Part shown: positions 24,100 through 36,687 of the stretch, piece by piece | Layout: every line of letters starts with the position of its first letter | Numbering within the stretch: the stretch's first letter is position 1 | Source: Octopus sinensis | Lineage: Eukaryota | Length of the DNA stretch: 64,000 nt | Direction: 5' to 3' | Assembly (NCBI RefSeq): GCF_006345805.1 | Contig: NC_043002.1 | Span: 74,896,001-74,960,000, forward strand | Made by a program: the position numbers and the translations under genes | The notes under the pieces: generated by a model | What the model saw: the letters and a program-made list of their open reading frames with translations, nothing else | Told to the model about the DNA's origin: nothing | Database searches by the model: none

Positions 24100-25636
24100 C
24101 CGTAAAAAAACCCCTGTAATTTGTGCACCTGTGTAATTTATGCAGGTGATTTTCGGGAGGAAAAAAAAAAAAGCTTCTATTCATGTAAAACTCACACCCA
24201 AAAGTTTTCAGAATTGCTGATATGGCCAGGGGGAAAAGGTTTTCAATTTAGTTGTATTTAACATAATTTCACTTACTTACGATTAGATTTTATTAAATTT
24301 TCCATCAAATAAAAATTATTTCTGTTTAACAGGTATCACATTGAAAGCTATTGAATTACAAAATTTTTGTGTTGTTTATAATAAACTTTATTTTACATTT
24401 CTTACCCACGAGAGGTTGTGTCCAATCTTCAGCATACTTATGTATGTCTTCTCAAATCACAATCACAGGAATAGTTGCTGATAATTCTTATCAGCAAAAA
24501 CAAAGCTGATAAATATGCACAAGTGTTGCAAAATAAGTTAATTACCAATAAACATCAGCTTGGATGATGCTTTACTCAACTAATAGAAGAAAGTGACTGA
24601 TCAAACTGATTATGTAAACAGAATTCTGACTGGGTGAAAGTGTCTTCTTGTCTCAAGCTCTGATTTTCTGTCTATTCTTGTCAGAACCTTTGATATAGAG
24701 TATCGAAATTTTAATCCCTTTCACACTTATATAATGTCAAGCAAACTTTAAAATTTGTCATTACCATTTTAGTCGGTTGACCAAGCTGATTGTTTGGTAA
24801 CCTGCTAAAATAAACATTGAAAATCAAAAGCAGAAAATAAACAGCATTACAAGTTTAACTCAGTGTTTATTGAACAAGAGAGGTGTGAAATTTAAGAAGT
24901 GATTTGTTAGAATATACACATCTGTGAGGAGACATAAACAAGAATAGCAAAAATCTACTATACCAAAAGAACTGGTAATACATACAATACAAGTGTTCTA
25001 TGAAGAGAAGCTAAGATTGCTGCATAATTCAACATGAATGTGAAACGACATTAAACATTGTATAAGATAAATAAAGGTTTCTGTAGGAATGCTAAGTCAT
25101 GTTCACTTAGTGAATTTACATGCTGAAGGATAATTATGATGTTGATGTTGGCGGTGATGAATTTCATTGTCCTAATGCAGAGAAAATGAGCAATAGCTTC
25201 CTGGAGCTAAACACAAGCTAGACTTCTTAAGCAGAGAAAAAACTGATCTATTTAAGAAAATTGCTGGGCTCCATTGCAATAGTTAGAAACTCCAAGCAAT
25301 GTAAAATATGGCCTGGACCGTGATTATCAGCATGAACATCAAACTTCAAAAAGTAGTTAACCATTTAATGGTTTTAGTAAATTTATACAGAGAAAGTAAG
25401 CATTATATTGTCTAGCATAAATAAAAGTCAACTTCATTATATTTTTTCTGTAAAAACCTATTCTGACATTGAATGACTTAACTTCCCATATGAATGTTTA
25501 TATTTGTATGTCATTTTTCAACCAAAAACTTTCTAAAAAAATTCTGGAAATAATCTACTCATGTAATTTACGCACCCACTAAAGTTTATTTTTGTTTTTT
25601 GCAAAAAAAGTGCGTAAATTACATGAGTTTTTATGG
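24100..25636. mobile_element. Non-autonomous pogo/Tigger-like (Tc1-mariner superfamily) DNA transposon
   Basis: Left end CCGTAAAAAAACCCCTGTAATTTGTGCAC matches the reverse complement of the right end, CCATAAAAACTCATGTAATTTACGCAC. TA follows at 25637-25638 (left flank is GA). The subterminal motif TGTAATTT(A/G)(C/T)GCA is repeated at both ends. No transposase ORF. Confidence 0.68.
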
Positions 25637-26355
25637 TATGTGTGAGTAGTCTAATAACTAGCTGTTGGACCCTCATATGTCAAAACTGAGAGGTGAATCT
25701 ACTTTGTTTGTAAATATGTGTGTATGCGTGAGTGTTGGTGTGGTTGTTTATGAAATATGCAGAGTTACTGGTACAGAAAATGTTGTAACTGTTTGTGATT
25801 GCACTGCAGCTAGTGAAGGTTGTTAGCGCTTACTGTGAACAAAATCTTCCACTCTTCTTTCCCTGGACTAAAAATCTTGCTTCATTAATTACTTCTGTCT
25901 CAGCCATGCTAGCATGAAAGAGAGACATTAAATAAACAAATGAATGATATATATAAAATAGAAATTTCTCATGTCAGAATGAAGGGCAATAAGTGTTGGC
26001 ATATTAAAGAGAAGAAATATCTAATGTTTCTAGCAGAGTGCTTTATTTGGATTACTCTCTGATGTAGGGCTCTGAAGAATCATTTTCCAATTACACGCTC
26101 AATCAAAAATATGAAATTATTGACTTGAACCTATTGACTGAACTTACTCAGTTCAGATTCCATTGGTATATTTCAAATCAGAATTGTGAGGTTACTTTCT
26201 TTGAAATTCCATATGTGTTCTTCTATTGTCATGACTGCAAGTATATCAGGAATAGAGATGTGGATGAGATTTGCATATAATGCAGTTTTGTGGAAGAAAG
26301 TAAGGGCTTTATTTAGTATGGACTATTGGGTAAAAAATAACGAGTTCAGTTTAGG

Positions 26356-27532
26356 CAATCAAACTCATGTGATTAAACCTTCATAACAGAGCAAGAGTTA
26401 TTTATTTGACTATAAAGTACTTTATTGTGTATGTGTGTACATTTGCAACTATTTTACATTTCATCATGAATAGAGTGCATATAATTTGCAAATTTGTATG
26501 CCAATATTTTTATAGGTAATTTTAGAATTTGTATTTTGTCTCCTTACTCCATGTGCCATGGAAGATCTCCAGCACATTATGTGATATGAGTCCTTTTGAA
26601 AAGGAAGAGTAGTGACAGAAGTGTGGCTTCACTCAGCCATTTTCGTTATCTGATATACAGTTGTTATTGGATCATGAAATAGTGGTAATCAGAATAGTGA
26701 GTTTACAATAATAGCCATGTAAGAGCAAAACACTTGTAAAAAGTTTCTCAAGATGTTGAAATAATTATTCTGCCAGATTTTTAGTTGATGAAATATCATT
26801 TTTGCATAGAGGTTCATGGATATGTAAAATTGAGCTCCACTACAAATCATAACCCATTTCCTTCTGTAACCAACAAAGAATTTAGGTGCCCCCAGGTTTT
26901 TCATGTTTGTTTGCTTGACTGATTGATTTTCTGTTTTGTCATCTCTGAAATTACTCTAGTAAAAGTTGGTGTTTTCTAGCTTACCAATGATAAGCCAAAT
27001 ATATATTTTTTTCAAGATGGTACTTTTATAGCAAGTTATCTGGATAGTAAGTATGATGTTCACCACTATTTAACATGCCAATGCTATGGGTGAGTTATGG
27101 ATTATACAAGAATGAAAATCAGTTAAAGAGTAAGTTTAATGTAATACATCAACATATACCTTTAAAGAGCAGGACAGCTTTCATCTGATTCTGAAAATTG
27201 TAATAGTAGTGTAAAATACATTCAAATGCTGGCCATATTTGTAGCCAAAAAAGTTTCTTTTGTATTTTCAAATATGAAAGGTAGCCATGTGTGTTAATTC
27301 TTTTTTTCATTTTTATCACGGTATTCATATTATGTAGAGTACATACAAATAGCATTCAGTTGTTCATTTCAAAGAAATGATTAATTTGTTTTCTTTTTGC
27401 AGTAACATTTTTGGGTTGCCCAATCAAACTTTTGTGACAGATCAAGAGTTGTTTGGCTATTAAGTATGCACTTGTGTGTGTGTGTGTGTGTGTTTACTTT
27501 TTGTCATGAATAGAGTGTGTATAATTTGCAAA
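26356..27532 (+). repeat. Old local direct duplication (about 26356-26492 and 27421-27532)
   Basis: Shared blocks CAATCAAACT, ACAGA(G/T)CAAGAGTT and TCATGAATAGAGTG(CA/TG)TATAATTTGCAAA (27 of 29 identical, 26464-26492 vs 27504-27532). Confidence 0.8.
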
Positions 27533-30500
27533 CTCTTATACTACTATTTTTACAACTGATGCTGTTTGTCTCTTTAATTACTTGACAGTGATGTTGTATT
27601 ACTTGTTGTCATCCAACTAAACTTAGCCAAATAGAAGGATGTACTTTACACCATAATATAAAGCTTAGTTAGAAGTATCCTAACATACTAACTTTGTGGA
27701 AAGTTTCTAGAAGTTTACCATCCATAATCTAACTAATTACAAAATTTCCTATACTTGATATTTATTAGGAAGTTTTCTCAAGAACTTGGTTGTTTCATTC
27801 ATGAATATGTAGAACTCATTCCTCAAGCATGTCTAAAAATATAAGATATATTACAAGAAAGTATTAATGGGAGCATCTCATGTCTTGTCTTCCTTGTCTC
27901 TATTCCATTTCATTAGAATTATTTTACTGCCCTATCAGTGTTGATATACCCTGGAATCATCATCGAGCACGACTTTAATTTATGGTTCATGCCCTCCTCT
28001 TTTTAACTGTTACTACTACAGAAACACAGGCCACTTAACACATTCACATATTACTTCCTCTTATCACCAATACATACACCCACAAACACCTTTAAGTAGA
28101 AGCTAGCAATTCCATTTATTTATCTCTTCCTTCACCCTGGGGTTCTGTGGGATCAGGCTTCTGCAATGCATTATTTAAAAACAGAACAAAAAGAAAAGAA
28201 ATTAAAATTCTCTTTGTCCATTTCTCCCTGCTCTTCTTTCTGTCTTCTAAGCATAGAGTCAGAAACAGCCTAGAATCATACACCATTTGGCTCTAGGTGA
28301 AAGCTGAAGGCCAAAGGTGGTTTCCATGGTACTTCAGCTCAAAGCTAAATTAAACTTTGACACATCAGGATTGAATTGGTTTTAGCTTTGAATTCCTGTG
28401 ATTTGCTGCTAGCATTGACAATCTCTACCTTTTTCATTGTCTTTCTCTTTTCCTTGCCTTTCTTCCTTCTTTCCCTACATAATTATCATCATTACCTTCA
28501 TGTTTATCACCCGATCATGTTAATACGATCACATTCTTGTATTAATAGATTCATCTCTCAATGTAGATTATTTCTGCAAAATGTTACTGTACTTCTGAAC
28601 TCCGCTTTTATTCAGTTCAACTGCATGTGTTGTCACAGGGAATTTTACAAACATCTATTTGATATATTCTCACATTAACGACACGCTGCACTTGAAGGCA
28701 TCCAATAATGGAATTATGAACAATTTGGCAAACAATCCCAGTGTAATTGTAGACATTAATGGATGGCATCTTTTAATAGTGTAAAACTGTGCCTTGGGAT
28801 ACAGCTATAAGATTAGGAGCAATGATTGCTTACACAAAAAGTCTTGTAGTGGGTTGGAGAGGTGGTGATCAACTTCTGCTTGGATTTACTATTTTATCAG
28901 CTAAAGCTACAAGCATTTAATTTCTTCAGATATTTTATATCTCGCGACATTTGAGAGATTCGTAATGGTGAAATAGAATTTTTAGATTTTATTGAAATGT
29001 GGACAAATGTGTTAAAACTCCCCTCACTAATTCTTGCCAATGTGCGTCATTTATTGCTTCTCTTTTTATTTTGTTTTTGTTTTTATCATTATTATTATTA
29101 TTTTAATGAAATATTGTTATAATACTAACAAGCCTATATTTTATTTTATTTATAATTGTTGTCATTTTCGAAAGAATATTTTAATAAAATTTGCTTTTTA
29201 TTCTTGTTTTATGTGAATTTCATTAAAGCTGGGCTTGTCAGCAATTTTATTGCTCTTGTTATTCATAGAACTTTTGAAACATAGTTTACTGAAAAACTGT
29301 TGTTGTTGTTGTTATAATCATTTGCTTGTGTAAACATTCCCGCAAGGTAAATATTGATTAGTCAAAATCCATTAAATTTAAATTCCACTTGATATTTTTA
29401 TTAATATTTTTATTATTTTTTTCCTCATAATTTCTATTTCGAGAAAAAGAAAGAAGAAACAAAAAAAAAAACAATCTTTCTAAAACACAAACATCAAACC
29501 TTCTAACTGTTATAATAGAAACTACTTAGCTTTTGAAAAGCTCTCTAAATTAAAAAAATAAAAAAATTTAAAAGTCTAGACTTCTGGCATTTTGGCAATT
29601 TGAGATCAATCTTCGTCTAGTCTCTTCAATTCTTTTCAAAAATTTATTTCATATAATTATTATTTTTTTATATCTTGTTTGTAATTAAGAATTTTTTTAA
29701 TTACCAATAATTTTTTTTCTCTCCCATCTTGTCTAATTCTTTTAATTTTCAATTGCATTATTTTTGGTTGATGTATGTTTCCTGCTATAAATGAGCTTTT
29801 ATAGGAAAAATTGGTAGAAATATTTTACATGAATTTTATTCATTTAATAATAATAATAGTAATAGTGTGGTCAAATACTTAAGTTTTTCCATATTTATTT
29901 TATTACATAGAAAGCAGCTATGAAGTGAAAGTAATTATAAATGAATATACATACACACATACATATATATATAATCAAACAACTGTTCATTTTCTATTCT
30001 TAATTGATATTTTTGAAATTACATTTAAATTGATAGTTTCTTTATATCCATAAGTGTACATTTCTATATGTGTATGTATGTATATGTAGATATAAACTTT
30101 GAAATGTACCTTTTATTGTCAGTATCTGTGTGTTTAAGAGAGATCAGGATCGATGTGTTTACAGAATTTGATGATGTTGGTACAAGCATTTTATTGTAAC
30201 AGTTAGCTAAATATTCATGCTTGGCAGCCTTCAGATATAATGGTGTTTTGAGTTTCAATAATGATATGCTTCAATTCATTGTTCTTTCCGCTTCATGGCG
30301 ACAACATATATTTTTATCTTTATATTATCCACTGCCTTGTTTAACACAACCATCTGGCTCTTGGGTGACTTCAGTGGAGTTCACCCATTTGTAAATATTT
30401 GGATCATGACCACTGGCCTAAGGATAAGTTTTAATCTGCCCCTCTAGAGGGTCTGCAAAAGAGCACACACACACGTGCGCGTGTATGCACACAGTTGAAA

Positions 30501-32136
30501 AATCAATGTACTCTGGAGATAATCCAATACTGTAACATAATCCAGGGAGGTAATCTGGGGTTTAAGATGATGCAAGAATTATGTATTCCAAAATATTAGC
30601 CAGATGGACTAGTGATTGAATATGTGAGTTATGCAGGTGCTTTTTTTTTTCTTAAATTTTAATTTTTACCCCCTGGTTCTCTGTTCCTATCTTTTCCCCT
30701 CCTTCCTTCCTTCCCTTCTCTGGACATTTTTCTGTATATCCAGTGTATGGCTATGTTTGAAATGTCATAACTTTACTCTTAACTTTCACTTTACAACTTC
30801 TTTCTTTGAGCATCAAACTAATGATATTCACTGTGAACATCCCTTAGACTGTTGTTGGTTTTTTTTTTTTATATTTGAATTCATTGTTTGTTATTGATTT
30901 CTCTCTCTCTCTCATATATGTGTGTATGTGTGTAAAAGTGAGTTTGGAGGGATATATTATCTGGGTGGATAATATATTAGCTCTCAGTTAAGTTCTAGTT
31001 AACAGCTAACCATATCAATCAGTGTCTAACATCTATGACTACATTTAGTTGTTCATCTCTCCATGAATTCTTCAGATAGATAATTCTGTGTTCTCTTTGC
31101 TGGACAGTAAAAATTGTCTGGAGTGTATATTGATAATAATAAAGAGTATGGATGTACAAATCTCCATACTCTTTATTATTATTAATATTAATACATACAT
31201 ATGTATGTACTGGCATTTTCCCCCTAAAATATTGTACTGAAGACAAAATGGTTGAGGACTGCTGATGTATACTGTTTAAGATTAGCCCCAACATTTAACT
31301 GATTCTTTATTTCATGAACCCTAGGAGGATGAAAAGCAAGGTGTCCAACTGCCTATATTGGTACAGTTGGTGACTCTCTCTCTCTCTCTGTATGTGTATT
31401 TATTTGGGAGGTTATTATAATTTCTCTCAATATAAAAGTTTCTGCTGCACAGTCTGACAGTAAGCGTGGGATTCTCAGAGAAAGTAGATATCTGTATTTC
31501 TTGTAGCAAGCTTTCCAAAATGGTTGGGAAATGCTAGTTTTGATACAGCTCTTGTTGCCTCTATCTAGTTAAAGTGGAGTCAAGACTAGGTCAACTCTGG
31601 TTGGACCTTTGTTCTTGGTTCATATTTTCCTCTTTTACCATTCTCTCTTCAACTTCTCCCTCTTCCCCCATACACTATATCTTAAGGTTAGTAATTGATC
31701 TATATTGATTCATCTGAAGTGTACTGAAATGGAAACTTTACAGAAGTTTCTCAATCACCACATGTTCTATCACTCATAAAATAAATGTATCCACCTTTTC
31801 TAAAGTAAATGTTTAATAAAACTGTAGATGTATTTTTGTTGTTTTGGCTGATGTGAGCCTTGATTGATATTATTTCCAGTTTTGACCATTCCATTTTTTA
31901 TTCATGTAGAAGGTAACTCAGTATTGGGCAATGGGCTTTCCATTTAACATTGTTTGCATTCTCTCCTTTTGGGATTGATAAAATAAAGTACCAGGGTTAA
32001 TGTAATCAACTTTCTCCTCTCTTCAAAATTGGTGGCCTTGTGCCAAAATTAGGAACTACTACTACTGCTGTTGATGTGGCCTGTGTGTGTGTTGTGCATG
32101 TGTGTGTGTATATATATGTATATATGTATGTGTGTG

Positions 32137-32200
<64 letters not shown>

Positions 32201-32216
<16 letters not shown>

Positions 32217-32420
32217 CCGTTCTGTCTGTTTGTATGTGTATCTTCTAGGATCTCGGGCATCTTCCATCCGATTGCGCTGAAAATTTGATATGTTGATACC
32301 AATGATATAAGTCTTGAAAAAATTCCAAAAATCGATTTCCGGTGAGAATGCAATTGATAAAGCCGTGGGAATGTGCATTTGTAAAATCGTCTTTCTTGGA
32401 ATAGAAAAAAAGTCTATCTT
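32201..32420 (+). mobile_element. Helitron/Helentron-like non-autonomous element, 5' portion
   Basis: (TA)n-AAAAATCCGTTCTGTCTGTTTGTATG..GATCTCGGG..CCGATTGCGCTGAAAATTTG resembles recalled 5' ends of DINE-1/Lep1-type rolling-circle elements. CpG-rich. No 3' hairpin or CTAG end found. Confidence 0.5.
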
Positions 32421-32587
32421 TATTTCTTTTTTTGCTGGTGTCCCAAATTTAGGTTAAATCAGTGTTTCTCAAAGGGGAAGCTTATGGCATGGTCGGACAA
32501 GTTGTTTTGAGAAAATTTGGTTTAAATGTTTGACAACTCAGTACCATCCATTAGAGGGGGGGGTGCTCATGTATGTATATATATATC

Positions 32588-32839
32588 GTGCTGGTGGCAC
32601 ATAAAAAGCATCTTCTGAACGGAATCGATGCCAAGTCCGCCTGACTGGCTCCTGTGCCAGTGGCATGTAAAACGCACTCAGTACACTTGGAGTGGTTGGC
32701 GTTAGGAAGAGCATCCAGTTGTAGAAACATGGCCAGATCAGATTGGAGCCTGGTGCAGCCGCTGGCTTTCTTGACCTCAGCCAAACCATCAAACTCATGC
32801 TAATATGGAAAATGGACGTTAAATGATGATGATGATGAT
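32588..32839 (+). mobile_element. RTE 3' UTR/tail fragment (D)
   Basis: GGTGGCACATAAAAAGCA units, GGAGTGGTTGGCGTTAGGAAGAGCATCCAG and a (GAT)n tail. Confidence 0.85.
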
Positions 32840-33796
32840 ATCTATACATAGATGCACGCACACATACATACTTTATTTATAATTTGTTGGTGTACCCAAA
32901 GTCTATGTCACCGTCCTTATATTCCACATTTGAACTTAACTTGGTATTGGCTAAAATCATCAATTACCGTTATCTATTATATTTGTTGTGTTCCAGCAAA
33001 GCCAATTTTCTATACATTGTACACATAGCTGGTGTCTGGGAATTCATCATGTTGACACTATTGTTCCATCTCAGAGATGATGAGAACTTCTATGATGATT
33101 TATGGTAAATTCCGAGACCGATGAATACACAATCATTTCATTTCCTAATTGAAAGCATGTCACTTTCATTGGTAATAGCCTTTGTTAATGCCTTGATCAT
33201 TGTCATTGACATCGTCATCACCATCATAGTGTCACCATTACATCACATATCATCATTATATTTGTTCATCATATTGTCATTGGCTTCCTACCATTATCAT
33301 GGTTTTAATGATGGCGTCTAAACAAAGATAGGATAGCAGACTCCTTCATGCAATCTGTCCAAGTTAGACATCCTTGCACTCATGTCATACATCGTGTTGT
33401 AGCTGTTCCTGGTGTCTTGGACATGTTCAAATGAATTTATCCATATCTAAGAACTGCTTTTCTTCGTTATGATCAGGCATCTCTCATGTTCTTGTGTACT
33501 AATTGCATTTATTTATCAGAGACTATAGTCATAACTATATCACATGATACTCTCCATTATCACATGTAATCTATTGTCTCAAATGCAAACATTTCAGTTT
33601 GTTTCTATCTATCTATTTTTCTTTCTATTTGTCTGTCTGTCTGTCTGTGTGTCCATTCATTCAACCGTCCGTTCATCCATCTATCTATATATCTATCATC
33701 TAATCATCTATCTGTCTATCTATCTATCTATCTATCCATCCATCTATCTATCATCTGTATGTATGACATATATTGGAATATGTATGTGCATATGTA

Positions 33797-33835
<39 letters not shown>

Positions 33836-34071
33836 TGTTTGCATGAAAGATTTGTTGTCGTGTTATTTTTAATTCTTTTTCTTCTATTTTTTGCAACTGG
33901 TTGGTCCTATATGATTTTTACTGATCATGCTGCAAGGCAATTGCAGCAAGAGAAAGCTCCAAACATACCCATAAACCACCACTATTTCCAATATTACACT
34001 TCCATACTGTCACATCACACTAGTTTGGTATCTATAGGGAGAGTAGAGAGGTGTGTCTATACATGTTTATA

Positions 34072-34120
<49 letters not shown>

Positions 34121-34527
34121 TCAGAGAGAGGGGGGGGGAGAAATAGGGAAAGAAAGAAAGAAAACTTCAAGCCAAATAAAAGAAAAAGCAAAACAAAAGG
34201 AGGAAAAAATAGCAATTTTAACATAAAGATGTATTTTGATTTTGATGCTTGTTCATCCGTGCATATTTATGTGTATGCCTGTGCATGAGTTTGTGTGTGT
34301 GTGTGTGTGTAGATACCATTTATACTGTTGTTAACTTTCTTACAGATTTTCTTTATTACATTAAAGCATCGCTGTAAAAGAACAGTCGCCATTATTCTTT
34401 GTTTCCTCGGGCTAATCTACAGTCAACTTACCATATGTTATTTTTATAATTCATATCTTTTTTCATTCTTTCCTCTGTGTGATTTTTCTTTATTTTAATT
34501 TTTTTTTTTTTTTTTTTGGTTGCTGTT

Positions 34528-34634
34528 CTACTCTTGCGTTCCTTCTTAACTTTCTTGCAGTCAGAAAATTTTCAATAGGTGTGCGCGCATGTGTGTACAC
34601 ATATGCAAATATACAGTTGTACACATGCATAGAA

Positions 34635-34667
<33 letters not shown>

Positions 34668-35211
34668 CATGCAGGCATACATACATATATATATATGTAT
34701 GTATGTATGTATATGCACAACTTTGTGTGCGTGTGTGTACACACACAGGGAAGCTGGCTATGTGGTTAAGAAATTCTCTTTGCAACCATGTGATTTCAGG
34801 TTCAGTCCCATGTGTGGTACTTTGGCTAGTGTCTTCCATGATAGCCCTGGGTCAACTAATGCCTCATAAATAGAACTGGTAGATGGAAACTGTATGGAAG
34901 CTTATCACAAATATAAACATTTGTGTATGTTTGTGTGAGAGCAAACGCCGACATTTTGTGAATTCACTTGTCAGTCTCTAAGCAAGTTGGTGATAGGTTT
35001 ATTTATGTTCTTTGTTGTCATTTTAACTGTCATTCTGCAGTTTTGAAGACTGGTGGAGTACTCTATCTCTTACTTTAAGAACAGGTGACAGTCAATGACT
35101 AGAAGGGCATCTGGCTATAAAATACTGTCTTTTCAGTCTGTGGTAGCATGGAAAAATGGACATTTAAGGAATGAATGAACAAACCTGTATATATATATAT
35201 ATATATTATAT

Positions 35212-35262
<51 letters not shown>

Positions 35263-35401
35263 TATAATATATATATGTGTGTGTGTGTGTGTGTTTCTAT
35301 GCATGTGTACAACTGTATATTTGCATATGTGTACACACATGCGCGCACACCTATTGAAAATTTTCTGACTGCAAGAAAGTTAAGAAGGAACGCAAGAGTA
35401 G
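34528..35401. repeat. Perfect 119-bp inverted repeat (34528-34646 / 35283-35401), 636-bp spacer
   Basis: Base-by-base comparison gives 119 of 119 complementary. It also appears in the ORF track as the same peptide on opposite strands. Confidence 0.97.
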
Positions 35402-35543
35402 TGGCGTTAGGAAGGGCATCCAGCCGTAGAAACACTGCCAGATCTGACTGGGCCTGACGAAGCCTTCCAGCTTCACAGGCCCCAGTTGACCCGTCCAACC
35501 CATGCTAGCATGGAAAGCGGACGCTAAACGATGATGATGATGA
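35402..35543 (+). mobile_element. Young 5'-truncated RTE 3' tail (D) abutting the inverted copy
   Basis: TGGCGTTAGGAAGGGCATCCAGCCGTAG..GGACGCTAAACGATGATGATG, with CpGs intact. Confidence 0.9.
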
Positions 35544-36498
35544 TATATATATATATATATCTTTATTTACACACACACACACTCTTTCTCTCTCTCTCTC
35601 TCTTTCTCTCTCATTTGATTGAGTGTACATAAACACACACACACATGCAAGCATAGCTGTGTAGTTTAAATTTTTGCTTTTCAGCCATGTTCCCAAGTTT
35701 GATGTTACATTATGGGCAGATATCTTCTATAGGATTAACATTATCTGCAGGTTGACCAATTCTTTGTAAATGAAATTTTGTTGATGGAAATGGTGCGGAA
35801 GCTTGTGACACACGTGTTTTGGGGGCTATATGTGTTGGGGTAAAAATCAGTATATGAACTGAAGAATCTTTGTGGCATTGGGTTATGTCCAGATGGATTA
35901 GACAAGTACTTGAGTAAGCACTGACTGGGATCTCAATAATTGACTAAAATGCTTGAAGATGTTGCCACAGTATGGTAGCAGTTTGATAATGCAACTATTA
36001 ACTGAATAAAACTCTTGTGTGTGTGTGAGTGAACAAGAAGTATATGTTCATTTTTAAACTAAACATATACTTTATATTTTAAACTAAACATATACTTTAA
36101 AAATGAATTTTTTCAGTCTTCTGTTTCTGTGGTTATATATAGTAAATCGTATATTCAGTTCATATATGAAATACTATTTGTCTAAATCTACATTGCAATG
36201 TAGGTGTATAACCTTAAGAAAAATGGAATATGTCTTCTGGTGTATCTTTGAGAAACAACTTTTCTTTCTTGTATAGTTAACAGAAACACAATTCTAATTT
36301 TTTCCAGTCTATGTTTCATGTTTCCATTTATGCTGATATTCTTAGCTTGTTTAGAAAGTCTTCATCTTTACAAGATCCAGTTTATGGAATGTTTCAGGGT
36401 TATGAATCTGTCATTACAATATATTGATGGATGTTGTGTGTGCATGTGTATGTAATTTGCTATTGTGTTTAAAGTGCGGATGAGTGTATTGAGTCTTA

Positions 36499-36650
36499 GT
36501 TGTTTAACTGGAAGTCAGCTGTGAGTAAACCTATGATCAGAGGCACTCCACATTTAACCACCCTATCTTTTTGTCTAATGCGTCCTTTATTTTCTAAGAT
36601 GGTTTGATATGATTTCAAGGGACCTTGCCTGCTATTTCTTGCTGGTTATG
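36499..36650 (+). mobile_element. Interspersed repeat family E (also 47880-48072 plus; about 52121-52305 minus)
   Basis: Colinear blocks GTTGTT(T/C)A, ACCTAT..AGGCA(C/T)TC, TCTAAT..GTCCTTT and (G/T)(C/G)TG(C/G)T(A/G)TTTCT are shared between copies. Confidence 0.65.
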
Positions 36651-36687
36651 AAATAATATAAATGCTCTTTTGTTGGGCTGGTATTAA

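Noticed and set aside
36052-36099. 25-bp-period tandem duplication TTTTAAACTAAACATATACTTTA
   Set aside because: Real but an ordinary slippage duplication with no associated signal.
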